Below, in pieces: positions 1 to 9,943 of a stretch of DNA of 64,000 bases. Source of the DNA: a virus. Under the pieces are notes generated by a model. The model was not told where the DNA came from. It searched no databases and worked only from the letters and a program-made list of their open reading frames with translations. The stretch covers positions 32,001-96,000 of IMG/VR virus record IMGVR_UViG_3300023174_000064; one strand, written 5' to 3'. A program made the position numbers and the translations under genes. The first letter of the stretch is position 1. Each line of letters begins with the position of its first letter.

Positions 1-239
1 GGAATATCAAAAATAATTCCGGTAGGAATCAGTAGTCTCTGGCCGGGATCAATTTTAATGTACCGAGACCCTTCGGTGGTTTCTAGAATGGGCGGCTTGC
101 ATTCTTTATTGTTTGCACAGAATCCCTTAACTTCGTATAGCGGTTGACCCAGATAAGCACGAACATCAAAACATGCAGCTTGAACTGTTGCGTGTTTTGG
201 AATATGTACGTCTGGGTATAATTTATAGACTTTCAACAT
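1..239 (-). CDS. dut: dUTPase, 5' part (runs off the left edge)
   Basis: Not in ORF track; manual translation MLKVYKLYPDVHIPKHATVQAACFDVRAY...IDPGQRLLIPTGIIFDIP shows trimeric dUTPase motif 1 (A.CFD) and the IPTG segment. ATGs in frame at 245, 242 and 239. Confidence 0.88.
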   Translation of the reverse strand, partial: MLKVYKLYPDVHIPKHATVQAACFDVRAYLGQPLYEVKGFCANNKECKPPILETTEGSRYIKIDPGQRLLIPTGIIFDI

Positions 240-245
240 CATCAT

Positions 246-273
246 AATATACATCAAAAAAACAAAAAGTCAA
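246..273 (-). promoter_or_regulatory. sigma70-type promoter for dut, probably leaderless
   Basis: TTGACT (273-268) - 16 nt - TATATT (251-246) - 6 nt - ATG (239). Confidence 0.6.
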
Positions 274-470
274 GGAGTTTCTAGAACATCTGGTGCAGTA
301 AATCGTGGATTTGTATTAGGATCATAAACCCATCCGTTTGAAGTATCAAGTTCATTTTCGTTTAATTGAATCGGAATCCAACCTCTGTGTTGATATTGAT
401 CACCAATACCGTCCCAAATTATAATATATTCTACAATATTTGTTTCTATATTTACTAGTGCCCAACGCAT
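270..470 (-). CDS. small fibre-tip associated protein
   Basis: 66 aa MRWALVN...IIIWDG...GWVYD...F.AP, the type of small protein that follows Gly-rich phage fibre-tip genes; SD GGAG upstream. Confidence 0.6.
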   Translation of the reverse strand: MRWALVNIETNIVEYIIIWDGIGDQYQHRGWIPIQLNENELDTSNGWVYDPNTNPRFTAPDVLETP

Positions 471-480
471 ATGATGCTCC

Positions 481-1407
481 TTACGACAATACTGCTATCA
501 CACAATAACCGTTTCCGCCTGCTCCACCGTTTCCACCGTTGTTTGAAACTTGACCACCACCACCGCCACCGCCACCACTACCTCGGTATCCTTTTCCACC
601 GTTACCAGCATTAGAGATTGCTCCTCCACCACCACCTTGAGCACCAATCCCAACAGAAAATTTACCAAATATTTGTTGTGTGGAGTCTGATCCGTTAGTA
701 CTAGCACCAGCAGCAGTGTAAATATTGGTAACTCTTGCAAATGCAGGAGAAACTATAGAAGGAGAACCAGAAAGTGTAGTAACAAATTGCGCATTTCCAC
801 CACCTGTTGCAATACCGCCGGTACTTACTCCACCACCACCACAACCACCTCCACTGTATTGGTGTTGAAGTGATTGTGTTGTTACTGTGGCATTACTACC
901 TGCAGTACCAGCAATTGCTGCTACTGCAATGGTGGCAGATTGGATATATCCTGTACCAGCAGATCCTGCTGTTCCTGATGCAGCACCACCACCACCACCA
1001 CCGCCTGCGGTAGACGAAATCATTAAAAATCCTGGAAGACCGTTAATTGTAATAAAAGATTGTTGTCCGGTACCGCCGTTATTGCCGATTGCGTTAGTAG
1101 TTGAACCAGTACCACTAGTTCCTCCTGCGCCTATAGTTACTTGCAAGATAGTTCCAGGTCCACCAAGATCTTCCACCCTAAAATCTTGTAAAGAAACGCT
1201 ACCGCCACCACCGCCACCACCTCCAGAAATAGCTGTAGACGCTCCTGTTTTTCCTCCTCCTCCACCACCACCGCCACCACCAACTAAAAATATACGAAGA
1301 ATTTTTGCTCCGGGTGGAATTACATAGGAACCAGAAGAATCAAACTCTTTGAGAGTTTCTGCAGTAGACGTTAAATTAGGAGAAAATCCAAAAACACCTT
1401 GATTCAT
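481..1407 (-). CDS. glycine-rich fibre-tip/virion protein
   Basis: F.SSGSY..P.GA...IFLVGGGGGG, VTIGAGG, terminal GG.GGNGYCVI pattern typical of phage Gly-rich domains. Confidence 0.75.
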   Translation of the reverse strand: MNQGVFGFSPNLTSTAETLKEFDSSGSYVIPPGAKILRIFLVGGGGGGGGGGKTGASTAISGGGGGGGGSVSLQDFRVEDLGGPGTILQVTIGAGGTSGTGSTTNAIGNNGGTGQQSFITINGLPGFLMISSTAGGGGGGGAASGTAGSAGTGYIQSATIAVAAIAGTAGSNATVTTQSLQHQYSGGGCGGGGVSTGGIATGGGNAQFVTTLSGSPSIVSPAFARVTNIYTAAGASTNGSDSTQQIFGKFSVGIGAQGGGGGAISNAGNGGKGYRGSGGGGGGGGQVSNNGGNGGAGGNGYCVIAVLS

Positions 1408-1829
1408 AATAGACCTGATTCAACAATAAAGTTTGTGGTTGCACTAACTGAAGTGGAAGCAAAAAGTGAACACGTGCTGGCTCCGGTTCCTCCAGGAAGA
1501 ATTAAACCTATTAGTTCTGGCACTTCTTGACGAGGACATGCGGTAGTACCTGCAGTCACTGTGACAGCAGGAATAATTTTTTCTACTATTAATCGCTTAT
1601 TGGTTCCGTTGTCTGTACTAACAAAGAAACGAATAGTTGTGGCAGTGGTTGTTGCTGTTGCTACAATAGCGACACGATTGATACGTTTACCTACACCTGA
1701 ACCAGCAGCCACTGCGGGTCCTGAACAAACGGTTACAAAGCTTGAGGGAGCGATTGTAGACGTATCTGCAGTTAATCCTTGAGCGTACTCTAATATTGGT
1801 TGTGATGTGAATTGTGCTGACGTTGCCAT
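1404..1829 (-). CDS. hypothetical virion protein of the Gly-rich cassette
   Basis: 141 aa beta-rich, T/A-rich; SD AGGAG; 4-nt overlap with downstream gene. Confidence 0.6.
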   Translation of the reverse strand: MATSAQFTSQPILEYAQGLTADTSTIAPSSFVTVCSGPAVAAGSGVGKRINRVAIVATATTTATTIRFFVSTDNGTNKRLIVEKIIPAVTVTAGTTACPRQEVPELIGLILPGGTGASTCSLFASTSVSATTNFIVESGLL

Positions 1830-1844
1830 ATATTCTCCTATTTA

Positions 1845-2291
1845 TTATATAATTCCGATACTGTAAAGATATAAATTTAATCCTGGAAGTAATACTGAAC
1901 CGGTTGTTCCTTGTACTGAACTTACACCAATAACATCACCAGTAGATCCGTTAAACGATGCTACTCCTGTTACTGCTCCGGTAGATCCGTTGAAACTAGC
2001 CACGTAACTGTTAAAAGTAACAGCACCAGTAGATCCGTTAAAACTTTGAACACCTGTGTTTGTAAATGTAATACCTTTACTACCTGCAGACACACTTATT
2101 CCAGTGCTAGCGTATGCAGTTAATGTGCCTGTTAATCCGTTAAACGATGCCACACCAGTAACATCACCTGTTAATCCGTTAAACGAACTTACTGCTATAG
2201 GTATACTTGCAGAATCACTAATAACAGTGGTTGCTGTAATACCTACTGCAAGACCGGAAACTGCTACGAATGGTTGTATGGTATCTGGCAT
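1845..2291 (-). CDS. short fibre-repeat protein
   Basis: Six V(A/S)SFNG(L/S)TG.V-type repeats shared with the large fibres; SD AGGAG. Confidence 0.7.
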   Translation of the reverse strand: MPDTIQPFVAVSGLAVGITATTVISDSASIPIAVSSFNGLTGDVTGVASFNGLTGTLTAYASTGISVSAGSKGITFTNTGVQSFNGSTGAVTFNSYVASFNGSTGAVTGVASFNGSTGDVIGVSSVQGTTGSVLLPGLNLYLYSIGII

Positions 2292-2315
2292 TTTATCTCC
2301 TAGTCATTACCCGTT

Positions 2316-5300
2316 TTATTGAACACGCACAGTGGTTGTGAATACGGTGCTGTTGGCGGAAAGTGGTGTGGCACGAATCAACAAGTTTTTTGGAAAACCA
2401 CTCAAAATTGTACTATAAGACGAAACAGGGCCGGTTGCTCCTGTGCGAATCAAGCCGTATTGCGTGTTTACGGTATTGGTTCCGTCCTGCACCACCAACA
2501 TCTTCAACATTTCAGTTTTGTTCAACACGGTATCACGAGCAGAAATTGTGACCTCAAACGCAGGATAGCCCATTACTGGTGGTATTTGACTATTGTCGTA
2601 AACCGAATCAATCGTGGCAATAGTTTGATTGGCTGTGGTAGCCGTTGTGGTGGTTCGGTAAGTTTGAACAAACGAATAGGTGTCTGCAAACGATGGAGCC
2701 GATACTTGATTAAGGAAACTTCCGGTGGTGATTATTCCGTTAGGTGCCCTTAGTCTAACTGTTTGTGTGGTGTCATTAACACTAATGTATGTGCCGTTAT
2801 TGAGGAAATCGCTATCACCCTCAAAACCGTAATCTCCAATAGTTGTTAAATTTCCATTATTATTTATTGCTACTACTGTTCCGGTATACGGATACAAACC
2901 GTCTGTGTATTGAGTTACCGCACTTAAATTGGTGCTGTATATGTCTGTGGCAGTCAAGTTTCCAAATGTTGCACCACGTGTCACATACAGAGTGGATGCG
3001 GTGATTCCTGCGGTGAAACGGGTCAGAGACGAGAATATTCCGCCTGCTGAAGAGATACCGGCATTTGCTGACAGTAAACGGGTAAAGGTAGCCGTTACTC
3101 CTGTTAGCGATCCGTTGAGTGTTATGCCACCCGCAGCACTAAGACCAGCAGTAAAGTTTTGTTGAGCAGTAAATGTATTTGCTACACTGGTTGTTACTCC
3201 TGTAACTGCTCCTGTTAAACCATTAAAACTGGACACGTATGAGTTAAAGGTAACAGCACCAGTTGAACCGTTCCAACTTTGTACACCAGTATTTGTAAAA
3301 GTAATTCCATTACCACCTGCCGCAATACTTACTCCGGTAGACGCCAACAGACTGAGAGCTCCTGTGAGGCCATTAACAGAGTTTACACCAGAAATAGCAC
3401 CAGTGGCACCGTTGAATGTGGAAACACCTGTAACCGCACCGGTAAGGCCGTTTACAGAATTCACACCAGAAACAGCACCAGTAGCACCGTTGAATGTGGC
3501 AACACCTGTAACTGCACCAGTAGAACCGTTCCAACTTTGTACACCAGTATTTGTTATAGTAGGATTAGTTGTTCCGGTTATGGATATACCTGTACCAGCA
3601 TTAATAGCAGTCACTCCAGTAACTGCTCCTGTTAAACCATTAAAACTGGACACGTATGAGTTAAAGGTAACAGCACCAGTTGAACCGTTCCAACTTTGTA
3701 CACCAGTATTAGTGAATGTAATTCCTTTACCACCTGCCGCAATACTTACTCCGGTAGATGCCAACAGGCTGAGAGCTCCTGTAAGGCCGTTTACAGAATT
3801 CACACCAGAAACAGCTCCAGTAAGGCCGTTGAATGAATTAACTATATTAGAAGCGTAAATGTTTGCAAAAGTTACTCCACCTGTTACTGATAGGTTATTA
3901 ATAAAAATGCCATTTGTAATACCTCGAATACGACCACCATTTAATGATGATATTGTACCAGTATCATCAAATGTCCAAACAGCACCAGATACTCCGATTC
4001 CAACTACATCATTATCAACAGAAACAAACGAATTCAAATTATTACTAACTAGTTCAGCATAACTAAAAGCACCGGTTGGGGCTTTTAGATCTATACCATA
4101 ACCTGTTTCAAAAACATCACTTATTATTGCACCATTTGGTAGCAATACGCTTCCTGTGGCTCCAAGACTAAGTACAGAAGCTCCATTGATTAGCCTATCT
4201 ACATTTACATTTCCTGTTGCGCCATTAACTGAAGACACGCCAGTATTGATTAAAGTTATTTCTTTACCACCAGCAACCACACTGATTCCAGTACCACCAA
4301 AGAATGTTAATGCTCCGGTTAATCCGTTTGCAGAGTTTAAACCAGAGATTGTTCCGGTAGCACCATTGAAGGAATTAACCAAAGGAAGCGTGGTAACAGC
4401 AGAGTTGACCCACAATCCCTGTGTGCTGTCGTAACGCAGAATTTGATTGTTTGCAGGAGTTGTAACAGCAACATCACCCAAGTCATCCAAATTCAATACG
4501 GTTGATGCTCCACCACCGCCTGTGGTGTTTCGGAAGAAACCACCGGGAACAATACGGCAGTCACCAGTAGAAGACGCATTGGAACCGCCGCCACGCACAA
4601 TAAGCCATCCCAAGAACACACCGTTGTATCGTGTAATGTCTGCTTCCGCAAATGTTTCCAGTAGAATGTTGTTTGCGGCAACAGTATCTGTTGAGTAGGA
4701 CGCTGTGCCGTAGTAGATGTATAGCGCATTGTTTAGTCCCGGAATCTTGTAGACTCGCTGTATAGACCAGTTGTTGTTGCTGATGTTTCCAAGAGTTCCG
4801 CTGCCGTTATCGTAATTTCCAAAATTAACGGTAGTGCGGACAACCGGATCTGTTCTGTAAGTACCATCAGCATTTCTGTACAGGTAGAATAGTTGTTGCA
4901 CAGGCACAGAAGAACTGTCTGTGACAAGACTTGGATTGTTGACATCGACATCCATGTTTGCGCCCAAAGCAAACGCAGTACCCGTGGTGTGCTGTATTTG
5001 ACCTGTGGTTCCGTATCCACTCAGCACATAACCGTCTATTTTGAGTGCACCGAAGTAACGAATAAATGTTTCGTATTGTGCGCTTGAAGCGTAGGCTACG
5101 ATTGGGTGGTAGTGAACTCGGTTCACATAAGCCCGTGATTGGTGAACCGCATTACCAATCACCACGCTGTTCAGGTATTGGGTTTGGGTAAAATTGCTAG
5201 ACGACTGTTGTAGATTTCCTGATGAATCAATACGGAAGAAAGTAAAGTCGGATGATGTCATTCCTGCAAGGGTAACACCTGTCTTGGCAGTCCATGTTAC

Positions 5301-6602
5301 GGTTTGCAGAGAGGGTGCAGGATACCCTCCTGTGGCAGCGTTTACCGTGGCAATGATTCCTGCTCCTGCGGAAACATCCACTGCTGCTGTATTTCCTGCA
5401 TTGATTGTAAGGACACCACCGTACAGAAGTCCTGATTGAATTTCTTCAAGAATACGATCACCATTCACTCCCTTAATAAGATCAGCATCCAATCCTGAAC
5501 CTGCACCGTCATTTCCTGCGTGCCATGCGGTGTAACCCGCAATGGTTACTCGACCATTACCAAATGTGGCTCCTGACGCACTAATACCTGCGTTGAATGT
5601 ATTGAGTGCGGTGAATATATTGGCAACAGAAGTGGTTACGCCAGTGACAGCTCCTGTAAAACCGTTGAATGATGTTACGTAATCACCAACATTACCACCA
5701 GACACAGCAACATCAACCTGTTTGCCTTTTCTGGTAACAGTAATGTTGTCACCAACAAAGTTAATATCGTTAACCGACTTGATTACTCTGGCACGATCTT
5801 TATAGATGCCGACTGCACCACCACCAATCGAGCCTGTATTCAGCCACTGAAAATTCTGTGCTACTGTTTGTGCGTCCAGTTTGGTTTTTACCAGACTGGT
5901 AAGTTCTTGTTTAAATTTAGATCCATCAAAAGAAAGCTCACCTTCTTCCAGTACTAACGGATAGTTGGCAGAAATAATATTAGACTCACCGGGATCGCCT
6001 TTTGGTCCTTGAGGACCTTCAGGACCTTGTGGACCTATAGGACCCAGTAATCCTTGAGGACCAGGTTCTCCCTTGGCACCCGGAATACCTTTTGGACCTT
6101 GCGGACCAACAGGACCGATTTCACCTTCTGGGCCTTCTGGACCTTGAACGCCTTGTGGACCTTCAGGACCTACCTCTCCTTTAGGACCTCTGACACCAAT
6201 AGGACCGGGAACACCTTGTGGACCTATTTCACCTGGAACACCTTGAGGACCGATAGGGCCTTGAATGCCTTGTGGACCCATAGGACCTTCTGGGCCTTGT
6301 GGTCCAATAGGACCTTCTGGGCCTATGTCTCCTTGAACACCCTGTTCGCCTTTATCACCCGGCCAGCCAGTCTCTCCAGTATCACCCTTTTCACCTTTTA
6401 ATCCTTGTGGGCCTTGAGGACCGGGTTCGCCTTGAGGACCAGCCCATCCGTCTTCACCTGCGGGTCCTTGGGGGCCTGCTGGACCTTGAGGACCTCGTGG
6501 CCCAACAGGACCTCTCAGATCCTGTGTTGATTGTATTTCACTTTGCGGAGAAACCACAGGGGTTGGTTTATCCAAATTAAAGTATTGCTTAAACTTGTCC
6601 AT
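2316..6602 (-). CDS. collagen-like long fibre protein
   Basis: 59 uninterrupted Gly-X-Y triplets, WHAGNDGAGSGLDAD phage fibre motif, many V.S.NG.TGAV repeats, C-terminal ...LVVQDGTNT..TQYG domain. Confidence 0.85.
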   Translation of the reverse strand: MDKFKQYFNLDKPTPVVSPQSEIQSTQDLRGPVGPRGPQGPAGPQGPAGEDGWAGPQGEPGPQGPQGLKGEKGDTGETGWPGDKGEQGVQGDIGPEGPIGPQGPEGPMGPQGIQGPIGPQGVPGEIGPQGVPGPIGVRGPKGEVGPEGPQGVQGPEGPEGEIGPVGPQGPKGIPGAKGEPGPQGLLGPIGPQGPEGPQGPKGDPGESNIISANYPLVLEEGELSFDGSKFKQELTSLVKTKLDAQTVAQNFQWLNTGSIGGGAVGIYKDRARVIKSVNDINFVGDNITVTRKGKQVDVAVSGGNVGDYVTSFNGFTGAVTGVTTSVANIFTALNTFNAGISASGATFGNGRVTIAGYTAWHAGNDGAGSGLDADLIKGVNGDRILEEIQSGLLYGGVLTINAGNTAAVDVSAGAGIIATVNAATGGYPAPSLQTVTWTAKTGVTLAGMTSSDFTFFRIDSSGNLQQSSSNFTQTQYLNSVVIGNAVHQSRAYVNRVHYHPIVAYASSAQYETFIRYFGALKIDGYVLSGYGTTGQIQHTTGTAFALGANMDVDVNNPSLVTDSSSVPVQQLFYLYRNADGTYRTDPVVRTTVNFGNYDNGSGTLGNISNNNWSIQRVYKIPGLNNALYIYYGTASYSTDTVAANNILLETFAEADITRYNGVFLGWLIVRGGGSNASSTGDCRIVPGGFFRNTTGGGGASTVLNLDDLGDVAVTTPANNQILRYDSTQGLWVNSAVTTLPLVNSFNGATGTISGLNSANGLTGALTFFGGTGISVVAGGKEITLINTGVSSVNGATGNVNVDRLINGASVLSLGATGSVLLPNGAIISDVFETGYGIDLKAPTGAFSYAELVSNNLNSFVSVDNDVVGIGVSGAVWTFDDTGTISSLNGGRIRGITNGIFINNLSVTGGVTFANIYASNIVNSFNGLTGAVSGVNSVNGLTGALSLLASTGVSIAAGGKGITFTNTGVQSWNGSTGAVTFNSYVSSFNGLTGAVTGVTAINAGTGISITGTTNPTITNTGVQSWNGSTGAVTGVATFNGATGAVSGVNSVNGLTGAVTGVSTFNGATGAISGVNSVNGLTGALSLLASTGVSIAAGGNGITFTNTGVQSWNGSTGAVTFNSYVSSFNGLTGAVTGVTTSVANTFTAQQNFTAGLSAAGGITLNGSLTGVTATFTRLLSANAGISSAGGIFSSLTRFTAGITASTLYVTRGATFGNLTATDIYSTNLSAVTQYTDGLYPYTGTVVAINNNGNLTTIGDYGFEGDSDFLNNGTYISVNDTTQTVRLRAPNGIITTGSFLNQVSAPSFADTYSFVQTYRTTTTATTANQTIATIDSVYDNSQIPPVMGYPAFEVTISARDTVLNKTEMLKMLVVQDGTNTVNTQYGLIRTGATGPVSSYSTILSGFPKNLLIRATPLSANSTVFTTTVRVQ
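3202..3821. repeat. internal direct repeat (~200 bp, offset 417 bp)
   Basis: 3202-~3404 and 3619-~3821 are near-identical; first ~90 bp identical. Confidence 0.85.
5982..6512 (-). repeat. collagen Gly-X-Y tract
   Basis: GPV GPR GPQ ... GPK GDP GES, 59 triplets counted by hand. Confidence 0.95.
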
Positions 6603-6608
6603 TGTAAA

Positions 6609-6615
6609 TATTTAG
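6609..6615 (-). promoter_or_regulatory. putative gp55-dependent late promoter
   Basis: CTAAATA 6 nt upstream of the collagen fibre ATG. Confidence 0.5.
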
Positions 6616-6655
6616 AGTATAATTTAAATGGTTCCGGTAATTACAATGTAATTGT

Positions 6656-8365
6656 TCATAAACTTAAAGTATCAACAAAAACTAAACCACCCAAACCAGC
6701 ACCAACTATTGGTCCCGTAGGAATATAAACTTTAACATCTTCTGTTGTAATAAACGGACTGGATATTAAATTATACACAAAAGGAGCAGTATTAGTAGGG
6801 TTGGTTTGTGATATTAAAGTATTTCCTGCGTATACAGACATAGTTTGGTTCCATGAAGGATAATCAAGGGTATCACCAATCAAAACACGAACAGATTCTA
6901 CTAAAACTCTTTGACCATACGAAGAGAATGTGTGTGTTGCTCCAGATAAACCTGGAGCATTTATAAATCCATTTGCATTTTTTGTATTTTTATTTCTATC
7001 TAAACCGCCCATTCCTCCAACATAACGACCACCAGTCTGATATTCTCCACGTAAATAAATATTTTCTATGCCTTTACAATTTTGAAATATTACAGGAGGC
7101 CATTGATAATAACTTTGAGATCCAGTGACCCATTGAATATTTGCACTGGGAGCCGAAGCCAAATTCTTACAAATCATTCCGCAATTATTATAATTTCCTA
7201 ATGCGTTTTGAGCTTTAATTTTAATTTTAGCTTGTTGATTTGGTGTTTCTCCCCATTGACCTCCATCCAATTCTACAATATAATTATCTCCTCGTAAATC
7301 AAAAGGATATACATCAGATTTTGATTCCCCACCTGCTATTCCACAGTTAACAAACTTTACGTAAGCTCCACCAGTTAATTCTATAACTTTACTGGTTCCA
7401 GCAAGGTTTCCTTTAGGTTCGTATTCCCATTTAGTATTAGTAACTAAATATTGGGCAACTGCACCAACAGAATCATTAGATATTTTAAGGAAAGTTCCTG
7501 GCATAATTACTGTACCGGAATCTACGTGTAAATACTCATAACCTTTAATATCAAAAGCAGCATAAGTAACTCCGTACCAAGAACAATCCACGAATCGATT
7601 GACTAAAGCTTGCGTATTTCTAGACCAAACAACAGTGTTAGCACCATTAAAATAAGATCCGGAAACAACATTAGTGTCTTCATTTATATCACAAGTATAC
7701 TTAAGAATAGTATTAAAACCATAAGTACTTATTCTATTAATGTATAATCGTCTTCCACCACCACCACCATTTAAAGTTATACAATTTCTTTGTGTGTTGG
7801 TATTACCACTTAAATCTTGAAATGCCAAGTCATGAAATTCTAAAGTGTCGTAAGGACCTGCAAAAAATACTGTGCTATAATTAGATTTTGTGGTGGTTAT
7901 AACAGAAACATCAGAACCATCACCAGCAAATTTCACTCCAAGAGCAGACGCTAAATTTACTGAGCAAGTAATTCCAGTAATTCCTGTGGTATTACATGTA
8001 TTTAATGCTGTTGGTAAATTTAATTCTCGATTTAATAAATATTTACCACGCGGAATATAAATAGTTCCCGTTCTTGCTGGAACAGATGGAGACGCAGAAC
8101 ATATACCAGTAGGAACTGTAAATCTTAAAAAATCATATGCGTTTTGAAATGCTAAACTGTCATCAGTAACACCATCACCAACAGCACCAAAATCTCTAAC
8201 ATTGCAAAAATCACGTAATTTATTTTCTACTGTTCTATTTACTCCATTTGTGGAAAAAGTATTACCAAATCCGTAAGTATAACCAATACTACTAATTATT
8301 TGATTGGTTTTATCAAACCAAGTTTCAAACGTATCTGTTCCGGTTAATCCTGTTATTCTTGGCAT
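6656..8365 (-). CDS. beta-helix tailspike / depolymerase-like protein
   Basis: RTVENKLRDFCNVRDFGAVGDGVTDDSLAFQNA...IYIPRGKY, pectate_lyase_3-type entry to a right-handed beta-helix; N-terminal DTF..W..KTN module. Confidence 0.85.
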   Translation of the reverse strand: MPRITGLTGTDTFETWFDKTNQIISSIGYTYGFGNTFSTNGVNRTVENKLRDFCNVRDFGAVGDGVTDDSLAFQNAYDFLRFTVPTGICSASPSVPARTGTIYIPRGKYLLNRELNLPTALNTCNTTGITGITCSVNLASALGVKFAGDGSDVSVITTTKSNYSTVFFAGPYDTLEFHDLAFQDLSGNTNTQRNCITLNGGGGGRRLYINRISTYGFNTILKYTCDINEDTNVVSGSYFNGANTVVWSRNTQALVNRFVDCSWYGVTYAAFDIKGYEYLHVDSGTVIMPGTFLKISNDSVGAVAQYLVTNTKWEYEPKGNLAGTSKVIELTGGAYVKFVNCGIAGGESKSDVYPFDLRGDNYIVELDGGQWGETPNQQAKIKIKAQNALGNYNNCGMICKNLASAPSANIQWVTGSQSYYQWPPVIFQNCKGIENIYLRGEYQTGGRYVGGMGGLDRNKNTKNANGFINAPGLSGATHTFSSYGQRVLVESVRVLIGDTLDYPSWNQTMSVYAGNTLISQTNPTNTAPFVYNLISSPFITTEDVKVYIPTGPIVGAGLGGLVFVDTLSL

Positions 8366-8370
8366 AATAG

Positions 8371-8378
8371 TATTTATC
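8371..8378 (-). promoter_or_regulatory. putative late promoter
   Basis: GATAAATA 5 nt upstream of ATG 8365. Confidence 0.55.
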
Positions 8379-8385
8379 GATCCTT

Positions 8386-9912
8386 TTAATCAATTCTATA
8401 ATTGTTTATTTTATTTGCGGAAGCAGCAAGTGAGTATCCAGAAATAGGACTTGCTCCATAAAAAATACTAGAACTGTAGAGAATTCCTGCTGTTGTTCCT
8501 CCAGTATTCACATTATCAATCAATGAAAAATTATTCATTGTGGCAGAAAAATTATCAGCAGACCACAACCAACCAAATGTTTTACCAGGAGCGTCTGTAA
8601 GTTGTTCTACCATATTACCTGTAAATTGGTAGAAAGTAGGAGCAGTATCAAGAGCAGGCGATCTGTGATCGTGTGTAGTCAAATTTCCAAAAAACATACA
8701 CGGACCTATTATTTTATTATTTGTGGCTGTAAAAAATAAAGGATTAGCAGCGCCAGTATAACCACGAGACGCACCAACAAAAACTTGAAGAACTCCAGCA
8801 GATTTTGGAACAGAATTTATAACTTGATTTCCGGATACAGTATAAGAACGAGTTCTTTGAATTTTCGCTCCATTATAAAAATTAATACAAGCAAAACCAC
8901 CTACGTCTGCCGATAATCCGCTTTGAGCAAATGGAGTTAAACCAGTACTGGTTGGCTCATAGTAAAAATTATTATTGTATATCTGACCTACTACAAATTG
9001 AGCGTTTACTTCTGCTGGTTGAGCTATTGGTAGAATATTTCTATAAAATGTATTATTTGAAATTATACTTCGATCATTTTGAATTTTAATGGATCGACCT
9101 TTACAGTTTCTGAAATGATTATTAGTTATTGTTGCAGCACTTTCATTAAATGTAATGCCGTTAATATCATTCGGAAGATAACCAAATACAGATAAACAAT
9201 CACAATCTGAATTACTATTTGATTGTGTCCAACCAGAAGAAACGTTTTCAAAATAACAACCAGAAACGTTTACATTTTTAGGATATGCGTTTCCTGAGCG
9301 TTGTATAGCAACTCCCACTGTTCCAGCAGAGTTTTGAGTTCCTGTTCCGTTTGCACGTGTATGATTTATTACCTGAGAATTTGTTAGATTTACGTATTTA
9401 CTACCACTAATAAATAGACCACCACCCCCAAGTCCTACCCCAAGATCGCCTCCTTGATATGAATTTAGGAACGCACAACGATCAATTTCTATTGTTCCCG
9501 TCATTCCTAGTGAATCTTCTATAGCAAGGCATGCAAGAGCTTTATTATTGCCGTCAAATTTAATTCCTTGCATTTTAACATCATACCCTTGATTTGAAAT
9601 AAACCACATATGTTGTGCTGTGGTTCCGCAAACTATTCGAGCGTCTTCGCCAATAATATGCAAAGTACGATTCATAGTTCTTTCTATTTGGCGATTAAAG
9701 CGCGGACCAGTTCCTGTTAACAGATAATCCCCTTTAGGAAAATACAAAACTGAATTAGTAATACCATTTGCGGCATTAAGAGCAGCACTGATACCTAATG
9801 TATCGTCTATTGTTCCGTTTCCTACTGCGCCGTAATCACGGACAGAAACTAATCTTGGATTTGTAAAGGTTATTCTTGTGTCTGTTCCGGTTAATTTTAT
9901 TGATGGTTCCAT
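8386..9912 (-). CDS. beta-helix tailspike / depolymerase-like protein
   Basis: VSVRDYGAVGNGTIDDT..I.AAL...LYFPKGDY followed by Asn-ladder repeats (ITNNHF, ISNNTF, VSGNQV). Confidence 0.85.
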   Translation of the reverse strand: MEPSIKLTGTDTRITFTNPRLVSVRDYGAVGNGTIDDTLGISAALNAANGITNSVLYFPKGDYLLTGTGPRFNRQIERTMNRTLHIIGEDARIVCGTTAQHMWFISNQGYDVKMQGIKFDGNNKALACLAIEDSLGMTGTIEIDRCAFLNSYQGGDLGVGLGGGGLFISGSKYVNLTNSQVINHTRANGTGTQNSAGTVGVAIQRSGNAYPKNVNVSGCYFENVSSGWTQSNSNSDCDCLSVFGYLPNDINGITFNESAATITNNHFRNCKGRSIKIQNDRSIISNNTFYRNILPIAQPAEVNAQFVVGQIYNNNFYYEPTSTGLTPFAQSGLSADVGGFACINFYNGAKIQRTRSYTVSGNQVINSVPKSAGVLQVFVGASRGYTGAANPLFFTATNNKIIGPCMFFGNLTTHDHRSPALDTAPTFYQFTGNMVEQLTDAPGKTFGWLWSADNFSATMNNFSLIDNVNTGGTTAGILYSSSIFYGASPISGYSLAASANKINNYRID

Positions 9913-9917
9913 GATTA

Positions 9918-9925
9918 TATTTATT
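9918..9925 (-). promoter_or_regulatory. putative late promoter
   Basis: AATAAATA 5 nt upstream of ATG 9912. Confidence 0.45.
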
Positions 9926-9943
9926 GTTATTTAAAATTAAACA

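Noticed and set aside
3202-3821. Fibre repeats as a diversity-generating retroelement TR/VR pair
   Set aside because: Both copies are inside one ORF, differences are not adenine-specific, and no reverse transcriptase is present in the window.
807-6401. Numerous + strand ORFs (e.g. 887-1327, 3364-3858, 6054-6401)
   Set aside because: Antisense shadows of Gly/Thr-rich or collagen minus-strand genes; no SD or recognisable motifs.
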